Positions 62,064 through 64,000 of a stretch of DNA of 64,000 nt are shown one piece after another. The position numbers and the translations under genes are program-made. Numbering within the stretch: the first letter of the stretch is position 1; each line of letters begins with the position of its first letter. The stretch is from an uncultured Methanoregulaceae archaeon (lineage in GTDB: Archaea; Halobacteriota; Methanomicrobia; Methanomicrobiales; Methanospirillaceae), in contig CAVTTL010000001.1 of the NCBI GenBank assembly GCA_963737635.1, positions 672,001-736,000 on the forward strand, written 5' to 3'. The notes below the pieces were generated by a model. It saw only the letters and a list, made by a program, of their open reading frames with translations, did no database searches and had not been told where the DNA came from.

Positions 62064-62810
62064 TTAATAATCCCGGATCTCGACGAATTCCCGGACATCC
62101 ATGAGCCCTTTCATTGCCTGAGTTTTAACCCAGCGGCCCCCTTCACGGATCGCTGCCATAGGGTTTGTGCCTCCCACTGCAACGATTGAAACATATTGCG
62201 GGCTTCCCGGTACACCCAGTAAAGGAATGTTGGGCACCCCTACTTCAAGAATCCCGGTAAAGCTGCTGTCCGCAAGCTCGTCCAGTACGCTCCCTACCAG
62301 CGGCTCAGCTTCCATGTGAAATTCCCGGATATTGGCGAGAATGTTCCCGCTTCCCTTCCGCATGACATCGTTGACCGAAGTGATCTGCTGGGAGATAAGT
62401 ACCTGTAGCGGATCGATGGTGGTGTGCTCGTAAAGGATAATATGAGTGAACCGGATCGGCGCACGGTTCTCGATTTCGACCACCCCACCGCCGATTGGTG
62501 TGATCGGGACACCTCGACGGATCAAAAGACCATCGAACGTGATGCTGCATATCGTGCAGATGGCTGTGCACCCATCAGGTACAACATACCCGGCAACTTT
62601 CTCTCCAGAGGGGCAGAATTTCACGAGGCCGCTTACGGAAACGCCGGTCTTGTAGGCGTCTTTCAGGATTGAAACGGCGTACTCGAGATCTTCGTTTTTC
62701 ACCAGCGAAAGGTTATAGACCACCTTTCCCGTCCCTTTGGCGGGATTGTAGGTCACCTGCATCGCATAGTCGTCAATATTTTGATCGACAAATTTGAGTG
62801 GCCGGGTCAT
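62064..62810 (-). CDS. NrpR regulatory-domain protein (NrpRII-like)
   Basis: TICSITFDG, PIGGG, IDPL, ANIRE, VGGTNP; no HTH. Confidence 0.8.
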   Translation of the reverse strand: MTRPLKFVDQNIDDYAMQVTYNPAKGTGKVVYNLSLVKNEDLEYAVSILKDAYKTGVSVSGLVKFCPSGEKVAGYVVPDGCTAICTICSITFDGLLIRRGVPITPIGGGVVEIENRAPIRFTHIILYEHTTIDPLQVLISQQITSVNDVMRKGSGNILANIREFHMEAEPLVGSVLDELADSSFTGILEVGVPNIPLLGVPGSPQYVSIVAVGGTNPMAAIREGGRWVKTQAMKGLMDVREFVEIRDY

Positions 62811-62870
62811 TGTAGTGATCTCGGCGATTGCAATAGAAAAATTGTTCTATAAGCCAATGGAAATCTCTAT

Positions 62871-63842
62871 ATGATGGAACACGACATGCGGGAAAAAGCC
62901 AGGAATGCGATGAGGCTCATTCTTGAAGCTGCGCGTTTTGAAGTCGAAGAGGTTGACGAACCTCTGGATCTTTCTGCCGTCCGAGACGGAGATTGCGTCC
63001 TTGTTCTCTGTTCAAACGATCCCGAACTAATTGGGCAGTTTGACAAGACCAATTACAGCCTCATGGTGGATGATCACGAGTTGACCTGCAAGAAACTCCT
63101 TTTTACGCTCGAAAAGGATATTGTGACAGAGAACTGCACCCAGTGGGGCATTGATGAGTTTGTGCAGTACGCCGGGGAAGCTGTGCTCGCGGACATCGTT
63201 GAACGTGAACTTACACTTGATCTAACACCTGGCAAGGCAAAGAAGTCGACAGGTGGAGGAGCTGGGACCGGAGCACCGTCAGTGGCCACAGAGGATGAGC
63301 CCTCCGGAATCTCGATCCTCCACTTCCCGGTCAAGCTCTCCGAGCAGGCTGCTATCCGGACTGCAGGAATCCAGGGTGCAGCAAAACTCCGGTTTATACC
63401 TTACTATCTAATCCACTACACAAGTTCGGGGGAGCAGGTCTACAAGGACCGGCGCATTCCCTTCGACGCCGATGGTTGGGGTGCAATCAACGCGATCAAC
63501 GGCATTAAGCTCGACCTTGACGGGACAAAAGTCGAGGACTCCGAGATCCCGGCAAATGCGGAGGTGTCCGACGCGCACATCACCAAGGAGGAGGCCACTG
63601 AACGGATGGTGACCGAGCTCATAGAGAGACTCACCCAGAAAGTCCGGATCAAGCAGGAGAAAGGCGATGCTATATTCTACGAAGAAAAGACGCTTAAGCC
63701 TGATCGCAAGAACATTACGGTTGAGACTAAGCAGGTCTTTATCCCGGTCTGGCAGATCCGGGGCAAGAAGATTGTCGAGGTTAATGCCTTTACCGGGGAA
63801 CTCCTTTCCGAGCCGATGGATGAAGGCGTCGAAGTCTTCTAA
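62871..63842 (+). CDS. Conserved hypothetical protein
   Basis: 323-aa ORF with host-like codon usage. Confidence 0.65.
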   Translation: MMEHDMREKARNAMRLILEAARFEVEEVDEPLDLSAVRDGDCVLVLCSNDPELIGQFDKTNYSLMVDDHELTCKKLLFTLEKDIVTENCTQWGIDEFVQYAGEAVLADIVERELTLDLTPGKAKKSTGGGAGTGAPSVATEDEPSGISILHFPVKLSEQAAIRTAGIQGAAKLRFIPYYLIHYTSSGEQVYKDRRIPFDADGWGAINAINGIKLDLDGTKVEDSEIPANAEVSDAHITKEEATERMVTELIERLTQKVRIKQEKGDAIFYEEKTLKPDRKNITVETKQVFIPVWQIRGKKIVEVNAFTGELLSEPMDEGVEVF

Positions 63843-63854
63843 AAACGTAACCGT

Positions 63855-64000
63855 ATGATCGTCGTTCTTGGCGGAGGTCCTGCTGGGAGAATAGCCTCAA
63901 TCCGGCTTGCAATAGCAGGAAAGAAGGTAACGCTCGTCGAACCCAAGGGAAAATCCCGGGGAATCGGCGGGCAGTGTCTCCATTTTGGCTGCATGCCGGT
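63855..64000 (+). CDS. Pyridine nucleotide-disulfide oxidoreductase (dihydrolipoamide dehydrogenase-like), partial
   Basis: MIVVLGGGPAG...GGQCLHFGCMP. Confidence 0.85.
   Translation, partial: MIVVLGGGPAGRIASIRLAIAGKKVTLVEPKGKSRGIGGQCLHFGCMP

Overview
Archaeal methanogen chromosome segment. Gene content (TFB, aIF5B, S6e/S8e, SRP19, Gar1, MptE/MptG, NrpRII) and the coding style point to Methanomicrobiales, Methanoregula-like; this assignment is inference. The dominant accessory element is a ~20 kb CRISPR-Cas island starting next to tRNA-Lys(CTT). It holds a minus-strand array of 48 perfect 30-bp repeats plus one degenerate trailer repeat, cas4-cas1-cas2, a type I-B interference operon (cas8b/cst1, cas7, cas5, cas3), a remote cas6 and four toxin-antitoxin-type modules. 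Nested inside is an AT-rich, minimal four-gene type III-like effector (HD-Cas10 with no GGDD, Cas5, a putative Cas11 and a single Csm3-like Cas7 lacking the catalytic Asp) that resembles subtype III-F/III-H and is bracketed by two decayed AAA-ATPase gene starts. The leader carries a 28-bp direct repeat around a 36-bp spacer-like insert, and three of the newest spacers are abnormally short (24, 27, 30 bp). The rest is mostly housekeeping genes and three more tRNAs. Many single-base frameshifts in conserved genes suggest an indel-prone assembly, so split genes should not be read as true pseudogenes without read support.
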